Below are positions 25,433-37,362 of a stretch of 64,000 nt of DNA, one piece after another. Each line of letters begins with the position of its first letter. The stretch's first letter is position 1. The translations under genes and the position numbers were made by a program. A model generated the notes under the pieces. That model had not been told where the DNA came from, did no database searches, and saw only the letters and a list, made by a program, of their open reading frames with translations. The stretch is from Sphaerodactylus townsendi (taxonomy: Eukaryota), in the NCBI RefSeq assembly GCF_021028975.2, contig NC_059440.1, positions 27,280,001 to 27,344,000 on the forward strand. The letters run 5' to 3'.

Positions 25433-26158
25433 GTCTAATATGATAGAGGCCATCCTATAAAGCAGTCATTTTTTCCCAGGGTAATCGATCTCTTGCCTGG
25501 AGATCATTTGTCATTCCCGAATATCTCCAGACCCCATCTGGAGGTTGGCAGCCCACAATATCTTGAAACTATCTGGACAGTCACACCAAGACTTTTTTTT
25601 TTTTGCTGTTGTTTCTAAATGTAAATATGCATATTGGTTGTTTCCTACTCATTCACATAGAAGGATTCTGGTCCACGTCATTTATAAGCCATTCTCAAAT
25701 GCCCTGTAATTTATTTCTCATGCTAGAACTCCTTCCGGCCTATGAGAAGGATGCTAAGATCTCCGTGACTTACCCAAATAAATGCAAATATATGAACCCA
25801 TCCGTGAGACCCGTAGGTTGTTTAAAACACATATATATCCTGCTTTGCCACTGAATGATATCCAAGAGGTCTTGCTGCAATCTAAAGTGCTTCAATCTTA
25901 TCAAAAAGCCGCTGAAATTAAAAAAACCCACAGAAACAGCAGTTATTAAATAATAATCCCTGGGAAAGCTGGAGTAAATTAAAATGGTTATCCTCCAGGG
26001 CCTAAAAATATTAAAAGTAAGTGCCGGGCAGATACATTTGCAGAGATGCGTTGACAGTGATTGGGAAAGAGCACTTCGGGGAGCCGTCATAAGTCAAGAA
26101 AGCTACTATCAAAAACCTTCTATAGCACACTCTCAGTGCTTTGCCTGACAGTGACAAC

Positions 26159-26443
26159 AAGAAGGAGGAGGAGGAGGAGGAGGAGGAGGAGGAGGAGTTG
26201 TTTGGATGTATACCCTACCTTTTTCTCCTGTAAGGAGATTCAATGTGGTTTACAAGCTCCTTTCCCTTCCTCTCCCCACAACAGACACCTTGTGAGGCAG
26301 GTGGGGCTGAGAGAGTTCAGAGAGAACAAGCCCAAGGTCACCCAGCAGGAATGTAGGAGTGCGGAAACACATCTGGTTCACCAGATAAGCCTCTGCCACT
26401 CAGGTGGAGGAGTGGGGAATCAAACCCAGTTCTCCAGATTAGA
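26159..26443 (-). mobile_element. Squam3-like SINE with (CCT)n tail
   Basis: Reverse copy; the GAG tract explains the poly-Arg ORF. Confidence 0.85.
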
Positions 26444-26835
26444 ACCACTACATCCCATTGGCTCTCATGTTGGTGCATCATGTTGCCTGTAACCAGTTTG
26501 TCGCCAACTGCTGGGACCCAGTGTGGCCTGGCTCAGCAGGACCTGGTCCCAAGTTGTCACATTTGGCTGGACAGGTTTTGGGCTCAGCCTGGAGTCAAGT
26601 CAGAAGGTATGGTTGCTGGAGGGATGGTGAATAAATAGAGGCCCACCTTCGCTTTGGGGAACATTTCCAATTATGCAACAGATTCACAACATTATCTGAG
26701 TTTGATTTTCACTGACGCGGCTGTCACAACGCCGCTGCACTTCTGATGAATGAAAGCACAGATTTTCCAATGCAGGATAACTCCAACCTTTCTCTCTAAT
26801 TCAGCAGGTATCTAAACTTGAATGAGGTTGGAGAC

Positions 26836-27092
26836 TGTAAGGAGACTCAAGGCAATTTATAATCTCCTTTCCCTTCCTCTCCTCACAACAGACACTTTGT
26901 GAGGTAGGTGAGGCTGAGAGAGTTTGGAAGAACTGTGACTAGCCCAAGGTCATCCAGCAGGGATGTAGGAGTGAGGAACCAATCTGGTTCACCAGATAAG
27001 AGTCTGCCACTCATGTGGAGCAGAGGGGATTCAAACCTGGTTCTCCAGATTAGAGTTCACCTGCTCTTAACCACCGCACCACGCTGGCTCTC
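26836..27092 (-). mobile_element. Squam3-like SINE
   Basis: Reverse copy lacking the tail. Confidence 0.82.
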
Positions 27093-27451
27093 AGTGTACA
27101 GCATCCAACCCCCTGAAAGATAATCTTGATGTAGCAAAGATATTCTGTGTGGCACGGCTGCCGAGATCTGGTCCAAAATGACTGCTTTGGAGGATGTCAT
27201 TATACCCCTTTCATATTAATGATAGGATCCTGATGCCAGAAATGTCAACAGTCAGTCATCTTATATATTTTTATTTATTTATATTTATATATTATGTTAC
27301 ATTTCTATCCCATCAATCTCCCAAAGGGACTCAAGGTGGCTTACATATACACACATAATAAAACAAAACAATAAACTAAAAACAGTACAAAAATATAAAC
27401 ATTAAAACCAGTTTCTAACAAGATGGCATAAAACCTTCCTAAGACATAAAG

Positions 27452-27585
27452 CAGAGGTCTGCAATCTGCGGTTCTCCAGATGTTCATGGACTACAATTCC
27501 CATCAGCCCATGCCACCATGGTGGCAGGGGCTGATGGGAATTGTAGTTCATGAACATCTGGAGAGCTGCAGGTTGCAGACCCCTG
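27452..27585. mobile_element. Palindromic hAT MITE (134 bp)
   Basis: Near-perfect full-length hairpin, TSD ACATAAAG. Confidence 0.88.
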
Positions 27586-28006
27586 ACATAAAGCAACAGA
27601 CATGTGTGCTGCACTCAGATGAGGCTTAGTGGAGTTCATTCTTGGAAACCTTGTTATTGCATCCCGAAGTTAAGCTCTGCCACTTGCGCCTGCTGGCTGC
27701 TCAAACCCTGGACTAACTCTGCTAACAGCAAGCGATCACGTAACAGGTGGAACCTCAGAGAAGGGGCAAGTCGATACATGCCGGCCTGTTCATAACAAGA
27801 TAGCTCAGTGTCTTCTGTTCCGTCTTTCTGTTCTTCTAAAGTTAGTGTCTCCAGTCCTATGATACTCAGCCACACCTTTTTGCTGCAGAGCTGGCTGCCA
27901 GACCAGATCAGAGTTCAGGTTGCCAGCTAAACGCCTTCTCTGTGATTGCCCCAGGGCTTTGGAACCCATAGATTCGCCACGTGCCTCGTAGATTCTCCAC
28001 ATGTAG

Positions 28007-28302
28007 AGCAGCAGTGACGTAGTGGTTAAGAGCAGGTGCACTCTAATCTGGAGAACTGGGTTTGATTCCCCACTCTGCCACTTGAGCTGTGGAGGGTTAT
28101 CTGGTGAACCAGATTAGCCTGTGCACTCCAACAGATGCCAGCTGGGTGACCTTGGGCTAGTCACAGTTCTTCGGAGCTCTCTCAGCCCCACTTACCTCAC
28201 ATGGTGTTTGTTGTGAGGGGGGAAGGGAAAGGAGTTTGTCAACCCCTTTTAGTCCCCTTACAGGAGAGAAAGGGGGGATATAAATCCAACTCTTCTTCTT
28301 CT
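28007..28302 (+). mobile_element. Squam3-like SINE, full length
   Basis: Head, core and tail present. Confidence 0.88.
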
Positions 28303-28924
28303 TTGGTTGGTTTATTTTAGATATTTAGAGCCACAAGTAAACAACCTTCCTCTCTAGGCAACTGACGCAGATCAATGCAATTAAAGTCACACAGAGAGAT
28401 TTTTTTAAATTAAACTTACAAAACAGAGAAAACAACAAATGGAATGAAAGGCTCATCACAGCAAGAGGAAAATTAAAAAGCCAGTCAGGGACTGAAACCC
28501 CTGAGCCATCGGTAGAATGTACAAACAATATAATTGAAATGCCAATTCAAAGCAGCACTATTGGAGCAGATGATGCCATAATTTTCAAGCTCCAGAGAGG
28601 GAGGGAAGAAGGATTTCAGCTGAAAACTTGGAAGGGTAAAGAACCCTTCGCCAGGCACTAAAAAGACGGTCGATCTGGTGCCAAGACCCAAAGAAAAGGC
28701 ACCGCTGAGCACTGAAATATATCCTCCAATATTTCACACGTCTTTAATATCTCACATTGCCAATCACAACTTTCAGGGCTAGCCTTGGCGGCTTTAGATC
28801 TGAATTTTTTTGGAGATTTGAGGTGGAGCCTGAGATGGGTGGAGATCCTCGGCAGGGTACGTCATGGATTCCACTCTCCAAAGCAGCCATTTTCTCCAGT
28901 GTGTGTATTCAGCAAAGCCGAACT

Positions 28925-29053
28925 GAACCTCTTAAGATGCCAGCCACAAAAACAGGCGAAACGTTAGGAACAAGATCTACCAGACCACAGCCACACAGCC
29001 CGGAAAACCCACAACAACCAGTTGAATCCAGCCGTGGAAGCCTTCGTCAATAC
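28925..29053 (+). mobile_element. Penelope-like element terminal fragment
   Basis: GATGCCAGCCAC...GGCGAAACGTTAGG...CCCGGAAAACCCACAAC...AAGCCTTCGTCAATAC, shared with the 40311 and 61227 fragments. Confidence 0.65.
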
Positions 29054-29259
29054 ACCAAAGTGAACCATTTGATGGTGTGCAATTGACAAAGCTGAACCGA
29101 AAAAAACCCTTATTTTTTTTCTGGGGTTTGCCTCAAAAAAATAATGTTCATTTAAAGGATTTTTCTTGATTTTTTTCAATTGCTTCTGCCTCGCCACCAT
29201 TAAAAAAAAAAGACGAGGAAAGCCTTACTGGGAACTCTTGACCATATCTTTCTTTTTAG

Positions 29260-29561
29260 AATAATAATAATAATAATTTGGATTTATACCCCACTCTCTT
29301 TCCCTCCTGTAAGGAGACTCAAAGGTGCTTATAATCTCCTTTCCCTTCCCACCTTCCACAACAAAGACCATGTGAGGTGGGTAGGGCTGAGAGAGCTCTG
29401 AAGAACTGTGACTAGCCCAAGGTCACCCAGCTGGCATCTGTTGGAGTGCACAAGCTAATCATCTGGTTCACCAGATAAGCCTCCACTACTCAAGTGGCAG
29501 AGTGGGGAATCAAACCCAGTTCTCCAGATTACAGTGCACCTGCTCTTAGCCACTACACCAC
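29260..29561 (-). mobile_element. Squam3-like SINE with (ATT)n tail
   Basis: Reverse copy. Confidence 0.85.
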
Positions 29562-29749
29562 TTGGGTCTCGAATTTTACTTTCGAATTATTAATCCTTGC
29601 CTGTATTTATCAAAGTACAGCTGCAATTCAAAGTCACCTGGTAATATATCTTCTTCTGATAGGCTGTTTGCAGAAGAGGAGTAGAAGGGCACTTTATGTC
29701 CATACCAGCATAATCATATGCATACACTAAAAAATAATCAGCCAATTAA

Positions 29750-32545
29750 ATATTTATTATTAATAGATAGTTTAATACGGCCAAAGGCCAGCAAAGACAA
29801 AACAAAACAACAGCACACATTCACAACAGCAAATTACAACAATTATTACAGCTAACCATTTACATGAATGTTTGGCTTTCAGCTCATCCCTGATTAAGTA
29901 GGCCCTTGCGTTTTTTATACGCCAATGCACAGAACTTTGCTACCTGCTGGGAGATGGTTGCATCCTTGTCTTCCAACAGCATTTTCCTAATCTCTTGGTC
30001 AGGATCCTTTGCAATTATCAAGCTGTGTTGCACAAGCAGAGGTAAAATAAAGAGCTCTCTTTCTGCCTTATGCAGCATGCAGTGTAACAAGATATGTATC
30101 ATAGAATCAACGTCCCCAGAGTTACAAACACATTTCCTCAAATGCCAAGGGGTTTTCCCAAATCTGCCTATAAGCATAGATGATGGAAATCGTCAAACCC
30201 GTTAACTCTAGAAAAGGCCCATCGGTGTTTGGCTATGGTAATATGTTGAATGTAAGGAGGGGCCAAATTACTGGCCACCACTACCAGATTTCAATGGTCT
30301 ATATAGAGGCAGGAAATGAGGGCATTATCATTTTGGTAGTCCAATGTCGATCCAATCGTTGATATACCATCTTAAGAGCTAAGAGACAAGAGTCCCATTC
30401 AGAAAGCATCAGCATAGGGTCTAGCCCAATCTGTTTAAGCTTCAGGATAATCTTCTCGACCAGATTGGGTATGAGTGATGTTGACAGAAATGCTGAGTAA
30501 TAGGCCCTGGGGGTGTAGGTGGACTTTAATCCAATATTTGATGGCTCTCTTCAGACTATAGTTTCCACTTTAGCTATTCCTGCTTCATGTCTCAATACAG
30601 TGTTGGGCGTGCATTTTTGGTGTATTGAATAGAGATCTAAGGAATGTTGTTTGTAACTTTTTCCAGAGGGTGTAAAAGTTGGATATGTTTGCCTAGTTGG
30701 AGGCTCCCATATGTTAATTGTGGAATGGATTTTTGCTGTAAACAATTTAACAGCAGCTGGAAAATGTGTATCCTCCCATGGAGTGCGGTAGAATCTCGAG
30801 TATTGCTTGGGCGCTCTTTTTGAGCAGGTGGACAAGGGATTGGATATGAGCTGTAGAGTTTGCCATTATACTGGAAAATTACCCCAAATTTATCTGAAGC
30901 ATTTGACCTGATCGATTGGATGCCCTTCGATTGTCCATCTTTCCTTCTTGAACCTGGCATTAAAATGTACTATTTTGGTTTTAGAATAATAATTCATTAT
31001 TAGATGTTCCTCAGCACATTTTGCAGGTTATTGCATTTAGGGCTCTCTTAATCCCTACTTTGGTTGAGTGAGAGGAAGCGACAATAGCACGTCCATATAC
31101 ATTAGAATGGAGTAGTTTTCCCTGAGAAAGTGTAGGAGCATGAAGCGATCCTTATCCACTCTGCAAATCTATTATGAAGGAGTTGACATAAAAGTTGAAT
31201 AGATGTGGTGCTAGAAGGCACCCTTGCCTTATACCCTTCATGTTACTGGGTATAGATGAGATTGTTAAGATGTCCCTCTTGTGTCACCCTTGCACTGCAT
31301 GAAGAAGGTGTTCTCATGCAGTTGGATTATTATGTTGCAATAAAGCGTTTGTCCAATATTGGTGTTGTTTGCTAGTTTTGGCCCCATGAAGGCGGTCCAC
31401 GTGGCACATTATCGAAGGCTGCTCTTGAGATGCGATAAAAGGTTGCATATAGTGAGAGCCTCTTTGGAGTTTAACATATTTAATCAAATCAGATGGTTTA
31501 GAATCAAGCAGTGGTCCATTGCTGATGCGAGTCCCTTTCGGAAGCCAGCCTGTTAGATCTCCTAACAGCTTTTCTCCCTCGAGCCATACCAGAAGTACCT
31601 TGTGCACAGGTAGTTGGTTATATATCTTACCTTATAACATTAAGTAAGCTGATCGGCCTGTAGTTGGCTGGAGTCCGTGATTACCTTTTTAAATACTTAG
31701 GGACTATTATGGCTTCTTTCCAATCTGTTGGAATATAGCCTGTATTATTAATATCGTGAAAAGGATTCAGCTAGGATTGTAGCCCACCAGTCAATGTTGA
31801 CTTTCAATAGCTCTGGGGATATATGAAAGGTCATTCCCTGGGGCTTTCCCAGATTTTAATTTGGAAATCATAAGTGCGACTTCTGCTTTGGTTACAGGGG
31901 AGGCCCATGTAGGTGTGTTTATCAGCGAGATATAATGTGTCCCAAAAAAAGAAGGCTGATGGTTTGTAAAGAAGTTTGGAAAAAATGCTCCACCCAGACT
32001 GTTATTGTTATTGGATTAGCTAGGCCCAATTTACTTAGATTATTATTCTGGCTTGTTATTCTCAAAAAAGTGGCAAAATCATTCGATGTTACTGCCTTGA
32101 TTAGGAATTGCTCCATTTTTTGTGCATGGACATTTTTTTCTTATATTTTAGCATGGCCTTATAAGTTTTTTCCCTTCCAGTACCAATTCTTTGTTAGTCA
32201 CGACCTCTTTAAACTGATGGAATAGTCTTAGCAGGTTTCTTTTGGCCATTCTACAGTCATGATCAAACCATTGTTTGTCAGCGGTCCCTTTTTGTTGACT
32301 AGTCACATTGCTTTTGGACAGGAGGGGTTTAAGTATTTGCACAGTTCGTTCGCTAAGGTCTCTAAAAAATGGCTTCAGGTCTCCCTTCACACATATCTAA
32401 TAGTACTTTATGATACAGCATTTTACCTATATCTGAAACAAACCAGTTCACAAAATAGCTTCTCATATCATCATTCCATTTCCTTCTCAGACTGTTCACT
32501 TCCACTGCCAGTTCCGTATGCATAATCCTAGATCTTAGCCCGGAA
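29750..32545 (-). mobile_element. Decayed 5'-truncated non-LTR LINE (reverse transcriptase + C-terminal Cys/His region; RTEX-like, clade uncertain)
   Basis: Frameshifted fragments WFDHDC, NYRPISLLNVIGKIY, QAGFRKG, GIRQGCLLAPHLFNFYVN, IDQVKCFR and GRF...RKCVC...HILLHC; many stops. Confidence 0.85.
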
Positions 32546-34130
32546 AGCAATGATGCGTATATCTAAACCAAAGAAGGGTTAATGTGGAGAAGTGAGGTGA
32601 ACGCTTTCCGATCGCGGCATAACTTCAAAATGGCTGATCAATTAAATATTTTACTTCTAGACGCCTGAGGCACATCACCTAAGGCTTTCTAGAAAGTGTC
32701 TTTGAAAGATAAATTAAGACAGGGTGTCATTTTTCCATTAGGGACTGGTCTCTGGAGAAAAATGGGCACTGCGGTGAAATAGAACCTCCATGTTCAGGCG
32801 CAGTCTATCTCAGAATAGCAATTTTGAGGGACAAGCATCAGGAAACCTCTCTTGAGACCTCTCTTCTTCGTTGAATCACTACAGAAAGGCTTCTGCTCCT
32901 AATACCAAAAAGGGCTTTCCTTCCAATGTGCAGAAACAGCGCCTAGAGCCTGGTATCTAGAGGTCATTGATGGAATGTAGACTTGCAAGGATTTCCGTGT
33001 GAGTCAGAAAGGGAGGAGGGAGCGCAGACGGGCCCAGATCCTATTAACCATTAGCAGCCAAGAACTCCTCCCTCCTTTTAGAAGCTTTTTAGTCATTAAG
33101 TAAACAGCTCTTTGCACAACCGAGTAGAAGGCACAGTAGACAAGGCGCTGGCTTTCCTTGTGATTAATGTTAATGGACTTTTAGTGAGGAGGACTGAATG
33201 CAGCCTGCTAGCTGAAATCCTTTTCAGAAGAGGTGGTCGCCTTTCGCCACCTGGAGGTACAGAAATCTGTGTAGTCACTGAAGCTTTCCGTTTGCAAACA
33301 AGTTTGCCTCCTCAGTGGATTTTGTGATCACAAGGGGTGTTCTGAGAGACGGGCCAAAAGATCCAGAGGGGGCAGGAGCCATAGCTGGTCCTTGAACTCA
33401 GCAAAGTCCTGTTTGGGATTCAGCTCACCTTCACAAAGCCCATTCGTGGAACCAGTTGCACCACCGAGGCACTGTTAAATTCAGAAGAGTGCACACCGGC
33501 GGCGGGACAGAAATGACCGGTAAGAATTGCTTACTGTTTTGTCTGGAGCCATCAGTGTGGCCATGGATCTGCAGAGGACCAGAAGAGAGGTCCACGCCTG
33601 CAAGGAGCTTCCAATTAAAAAATTGAAATTCCAGTGAAAAAGTGAAGGCCAGGGAACCAACCAAGGGACAGGAGAGAAAGAGAGGCAGGGATAAATTGGG
33701 GAAGGGTCTGCATTTGTTCCCCTTATGGGTGCTGAAGTGTCAATTCAGTAATGGGGAGGTATTAAAAGGGTTTTTTTAATGGCTTTATGCAGAAGGGATT
33801 TTGAGGAGGGATGTGAAGATGTGGGGAAATGTGGGTGTCGTGGGAAGAGTTTTCAAACCTGAGAAAACTATCTTGTTTCATAGCATCTTAAGAGTGGCAA
33901 TCAAGGGGCCAAATTATTGGATCTGCAAATCCCAAAGGACAACTGCAAAAGCCCCACAAATGTTAATTGTTTTAATTGCTGCATGCCACTCTGAGCCTGA
34001 AAAGGGAGGGGCGGGATAACATTGATAAATAAAAAATAAATTTTTAAAAAGTGAAACAGGGCTGGATCAGGTGAGTGCTTGGATGGTTTCCGGAGTTCCA
34101 GGATGGGGGAAAAGATAGTGGGAAATGTAG

Positions 34131-34350
34131 TAGGGTTGCCAGCACCAATTTGGGAAATTCCTGGATATTTGGGGGTGAGGCCTGAGGAGGGGCGGGGTTT
34201 GGAGAGGGGAGGGGCTTCAGCTGGGTATGATGCCCTAAAATCCATCTTCCAAGATGGCCTTCTCACCAGGTGGATTGATGTCTGCCACTTGGAGATAAGT
34301 TGTAATCCTGGGGGATCTCCACCCACCTCCTGGACAGTGTAGCAACTCTA
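34131..34350. mobile_element. Old TAGGGTTGCCA-terminated DNA transposon MITE (related copies near 21770, 23803, 25440-25555, 28780, 39900, 40130)
   Basis: Ends TAGGGTTGCCA / TAGCAACTCTA; shared internal CTGGAGA...GGAGATCTCCA...GGAGGTTGGCA. Confidence 0.65.
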
Positions 34351-34377
34351 GTCTGAACTTATCAATCTAGTCTGAAC

Positions 34378-34800
34378 TTATCAATCAATCAATCAATCAA
34401 TCAAATATTTATTATAGTCATAGACCACAACTCGATAAATGAAATAAAGGATAGAACATACAGGATAAAAATATATTAAAACAGTAAGCATTAGTACTAA
34501 AAGAGATTAAAAAATTAAAAAGAGGATAGGAATAAAAAGACATTAAAATTGTCAAATTGTGGTTTATAGTTACCAAGTCACTAAGCCTACTGTGTTGCAC
34601 AGACCATCCTGCAATGCATTTCGAGTGCTGTTACACAGAATCTGGCCGCACTGTAAGCTGTATTAGGATTGATGTCTGTAAGCAAGATATAAAATAGTTC
34701 TGTATGACGTGGGGATCTATACAACAGGAGCAAAATAAAACTAATGCGTATAGCTTTGTAAACCTGACATATCCGACTCTTTCTATGTGCCCAGATCCAA
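34378..34800 (-). mobile_element. 3' fragment of RTEX-like LINE with (ATTG)n tail
   Basis: LLTDINPNTAYSAARFC resembles the C-terminus of the 29750-32545 element; AATAAA plus microsatellite tail on the minus strand. Confidence 0.6.
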
Positions 34801-34818
34801 AGGGACATTTTCTCTCCT

Positions 34819-35113
34819 AGAAGAAGAGTTTGGATTTATACCCTACCTTTCTCTCCTGCAAGGAGACTCACGGTAGTTTACAAGCTCCTTTCCCTCCCCC
34901 GCCCCACAACAAACACCCTGTGAGGTGGGTGGGGCTGAGAGAGGTCAGAGAGAACTGTGACTAGCCCTGGGTCACCCAGCATGAATGTAGGAGTGCGGAA
35001 ACACATCTGGTTCACCAGATAAGTGTCAACCACTCAGGTGGAGGAGTGGGAAATCAAACCCAGTTCTCCAGATTAGAATCCACCTGCTCTTAACCACCAC
35101 ACCACACTGGCTC
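34819..35113 (-). mobile_element. Squam3-like SINE
   Basis: Reverse copy just upstream of the ANKRD65 start-codon exon. Confidence 0.88.
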
Positions 35114-35301
35114 TGAATATGACTCCTAATAAGGAGTCTTCCAGAATTGTCCTTCCAGGATGACAGAGGGGAAGGCAAACTTGTCAATGAATCAGGCCCG
35201 GACTGGCCTTCTGCTGCTCATAGCTGACCATTTGTTTTGCTTTGCTCCTAGTTCTTAAGAATTGGGGTTGATGGCACTCTTATTTTTTCTTCTGCGGAGG
35301 C

Positions 35302-35528
35302 ATGAGAGTCGAAGAAGCTGAGCTCCAGCGGAGGTGGATGGTGCTGGCCGAGGAGAGGACGCCAGAAGGACATCAGGCTGGGAACGTTTGCAAGGTGGAC
35401 TCCAAGGAGAAGACTTTGATCCTCGGTCCTGCCCAGGAGAGATGGGAGGAGCTCCATCGAGCTACCCAGAACAGCAACGTTTACCTGGTGAAGCAACTCT
35501 TACAGCAGGGAGCAGGGACCGAGTGCAG
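35302..35528 (+). CDS. ANKRD65: Ankyrin repeat domain 65, coding exon 1
   Basis: MRVEEAELQRRWMVL...LVKQLLQQGAGTECR resembles the human N-terminus (ELRWMEL...LVTQLLRQGASVEER). Phase-2 donor AG|GTGTGG. Upstream acceptor TTTGCTCCTAG ending at 35251 implies a non-coding exon further 5'. Confidence 0.85.
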
Positions 35529-36090
35529 GTGTGGAAAAGGCAGGTGTATTACTACCATCTCTGCTAGCAAGAAGATGGGGCGAGTCTGGGCTTGGTGGTA
35601 GGTTGTCGACCAGTCGGGAATTTGATTTAGCCCAACTGGTAATATTGTGTTTTGTCCAATGATTGATATCAGGGACACTAAAAGGCTCCATTAGATGATG
35701 GCTCTTGTGAACACCGTTCCCTCAGCGTGGCTCTTGCCCCATTCTTCTGGGAAGTGGGAAAGGCCGTTGTCCAGTAGGGCTTGAGGTTAGCAGCGGTTCC
35801 TACCTTGAAACAGCTGCTACTAGAGGAAGGGTCAAGCTGTGAACCTCGGCCTCATGCCAAAGATAGAAGTTAATGGGACCATTTTGGTTTGATGTTGACG
35901 ACACTGCACACAGACACAATTGTGGACACAGAGGAAACACCTCTGCTCATCTCTTGCCTTCAAAACCCCATTAGTCGGTTGAGACGTGACACATAGACAT
36001 AACTGCACATGTGTCTCTCTGCAAGTTTGTAGAGAGAATACCACGGAATCGAGTCACTTTAAGCCGCGTGTAGAAACACTTTTATTTCTT

Positions 36091-36389
36091 GAGAGCCAGC
36101 GTGGTGTGGTGGTTAAGAGCAGGTGGATTCTAATCTGGAGAACCGGGTTTGATTCCCCACTCCTCCAACTGAGTGGCAGAGGCTTATCTGGTGAACCAGA
36201 TGTGTTTCCGCACTCCTACATTCCTGCTGGGTGACCTTGGGCTAGTCACAGTTCTTGGGAACTCTCTCACCCCAATCTACCCCAGAAGGCGTCTGTTGTG
36301 GGGAGAGAAAGGGGAAGGAGTTTGTAAGTCACCTTGAATCTCCTTACAGGAGAGAAAGGTGGGGTATAAATCCTAACTCTTCTTCTTCT
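36091..36389 (+). mobile_element. Squam3-like SINE ending 14 nt before ANKRD65 exon 2
   Basis: Full-length copy whose (CTT)n tail merges with the acceptor pyrimidine tract. Confidence 0.9.
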
Positions 36390-36403
36390 CCAACTCTTTC
36401 CAG

Positions 36404-36953
36404 GGATGAGAATGGCTGGACCCCTTTGCACTTGGCTTCCTTGAATGGCTACGCCACTCTGGTCAAATTCCTCATCCAGCGTGGCGCAGTGGTCCATGCC
36501 CAGAACAGAGCTTCCTATACACCGTTGCATCATGCGGCTTGGAGTGGCCACACCCAAGTGGCAGACTTCCTCCTCACTCGGGGCACGCCGGCAACTGTGG
36601 CAACCAAAGGAGGCTTGACCCCGCTACACTGTGCAGCCGCCAACGGGCACATCCTGATGGTCGAGCTGCTCTTACGGCAAGGGGCAGATATTGCCGCTGT
36701 AGATGCCAGCCGATGGACTTGCTTGCACTGGGCAGCTGCCAACAACCAGCTGCACATCGTGGACTTGCTGATATCCCAGGGTGCTGGTCCAGATCTCGGT
36801 AGCGAGGGCGGAGTTACACCGTTACACACAGCAGCCGAGGCGGGACGAATCGAAGCTCTGCGTCTCTTGCTCGATAAGGGAGCCAACGTGGACGCTCAGG
36901 ATGGCTTGGGAAGGACTCCCCTTTCCATTGCTTCTAACAATGGCAACCAGGAG
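36404..36953 (+). CDS. ANKRD65: Ankyrin repeat domain 65, coding exon 2
   Basis: Tandem ankyrin repeats (GWTPLHLA, YTPLHHAAWSGH, GLTPLHCAAANGH, WTCLHWAA, GVTPLHTAA). Acceptor TTTCCAG at 36403, donor GAG|GTAAGG. 550 nt, phase 2 to 0. Confidence 0.93.
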
Positions 36954-37004
36954 GTAAGGCTGCAAATCCCCCCTGCACAAATGTTATCTACATATTACAT
37001 TTGT

Positions 37005-37182
37005 GCCCTGACCTGGATGGTCCAAGGTAGCCCGATCTTGACAGATCTCAGAAGCTAAGCAGGATCGGCCTTGGTTAGTTCTTGGATGGGAGACCGCTAT
37101 GGGTTACTACGCAGAGGCGGACAATGGCAAAGTGCCTTGAAAACCCTTGGGGAGTCAGTTGTCTATAACCCGACAGCACTTT
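37005..37182 (+). mobile_element. 5S rRNA-derived SINE in ANKRD65 intron
   Basis: CCCGATCTTGACAGATCTCAGAAGCTAAGCAGG...TGGATGGGAGACC plus tail. Confidence 0.78.
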
Positions 37183-37211
37183 ATGCACCCACTATGTTTG
37201 TGTCCTGATTA

Positions 37212-37362
37212 GGCCCCTTCCGCACATTCAGAATAATGCACTTTCAATCCACTTTCAATGCACTTTGAAGCTGGATTTTACTGTTCAGACTAGCAATATC
37301 CACTTTCAAACAGTTGTGAATGTGGATTGAATATGCATTGTTCTGCATATGCGGAAGGGGCC
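37212..37362. mobile_element. PIF/Harbinger-type MITE (151 bp)
   Basis: TIRs GGCCCCTTCCGCA...TGCGGAAGGGGCC, TSD TTA. Confidence 0.82.

Noticed and set aside
26061-26492. Poly-arginine ORF
   Set aside because: Translation of a SINE (GAG)n tail.
33985-34076. GC box + TATA-like element + donor CAG|GTGAGT as ANKRD65 promoter or first exon
   Set aside because: The GC and AT motifs match a generic LINE/SINE 3' tail; the donor alone is not enough to call an exon.
36255-36403. N-terminal extension of the 267-aa ankyrin ORF
   Set aside because: It is translated SINE and intron; the real exon starts at the acceptor (36404) and joins exon 1 in phase.
37005-37100. 5S rRNA gene (also 4801 and 13590)
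   Set aside because: Diverged, lacks the 5S ends and T-run terminator, and continues into a shared SINE tail.
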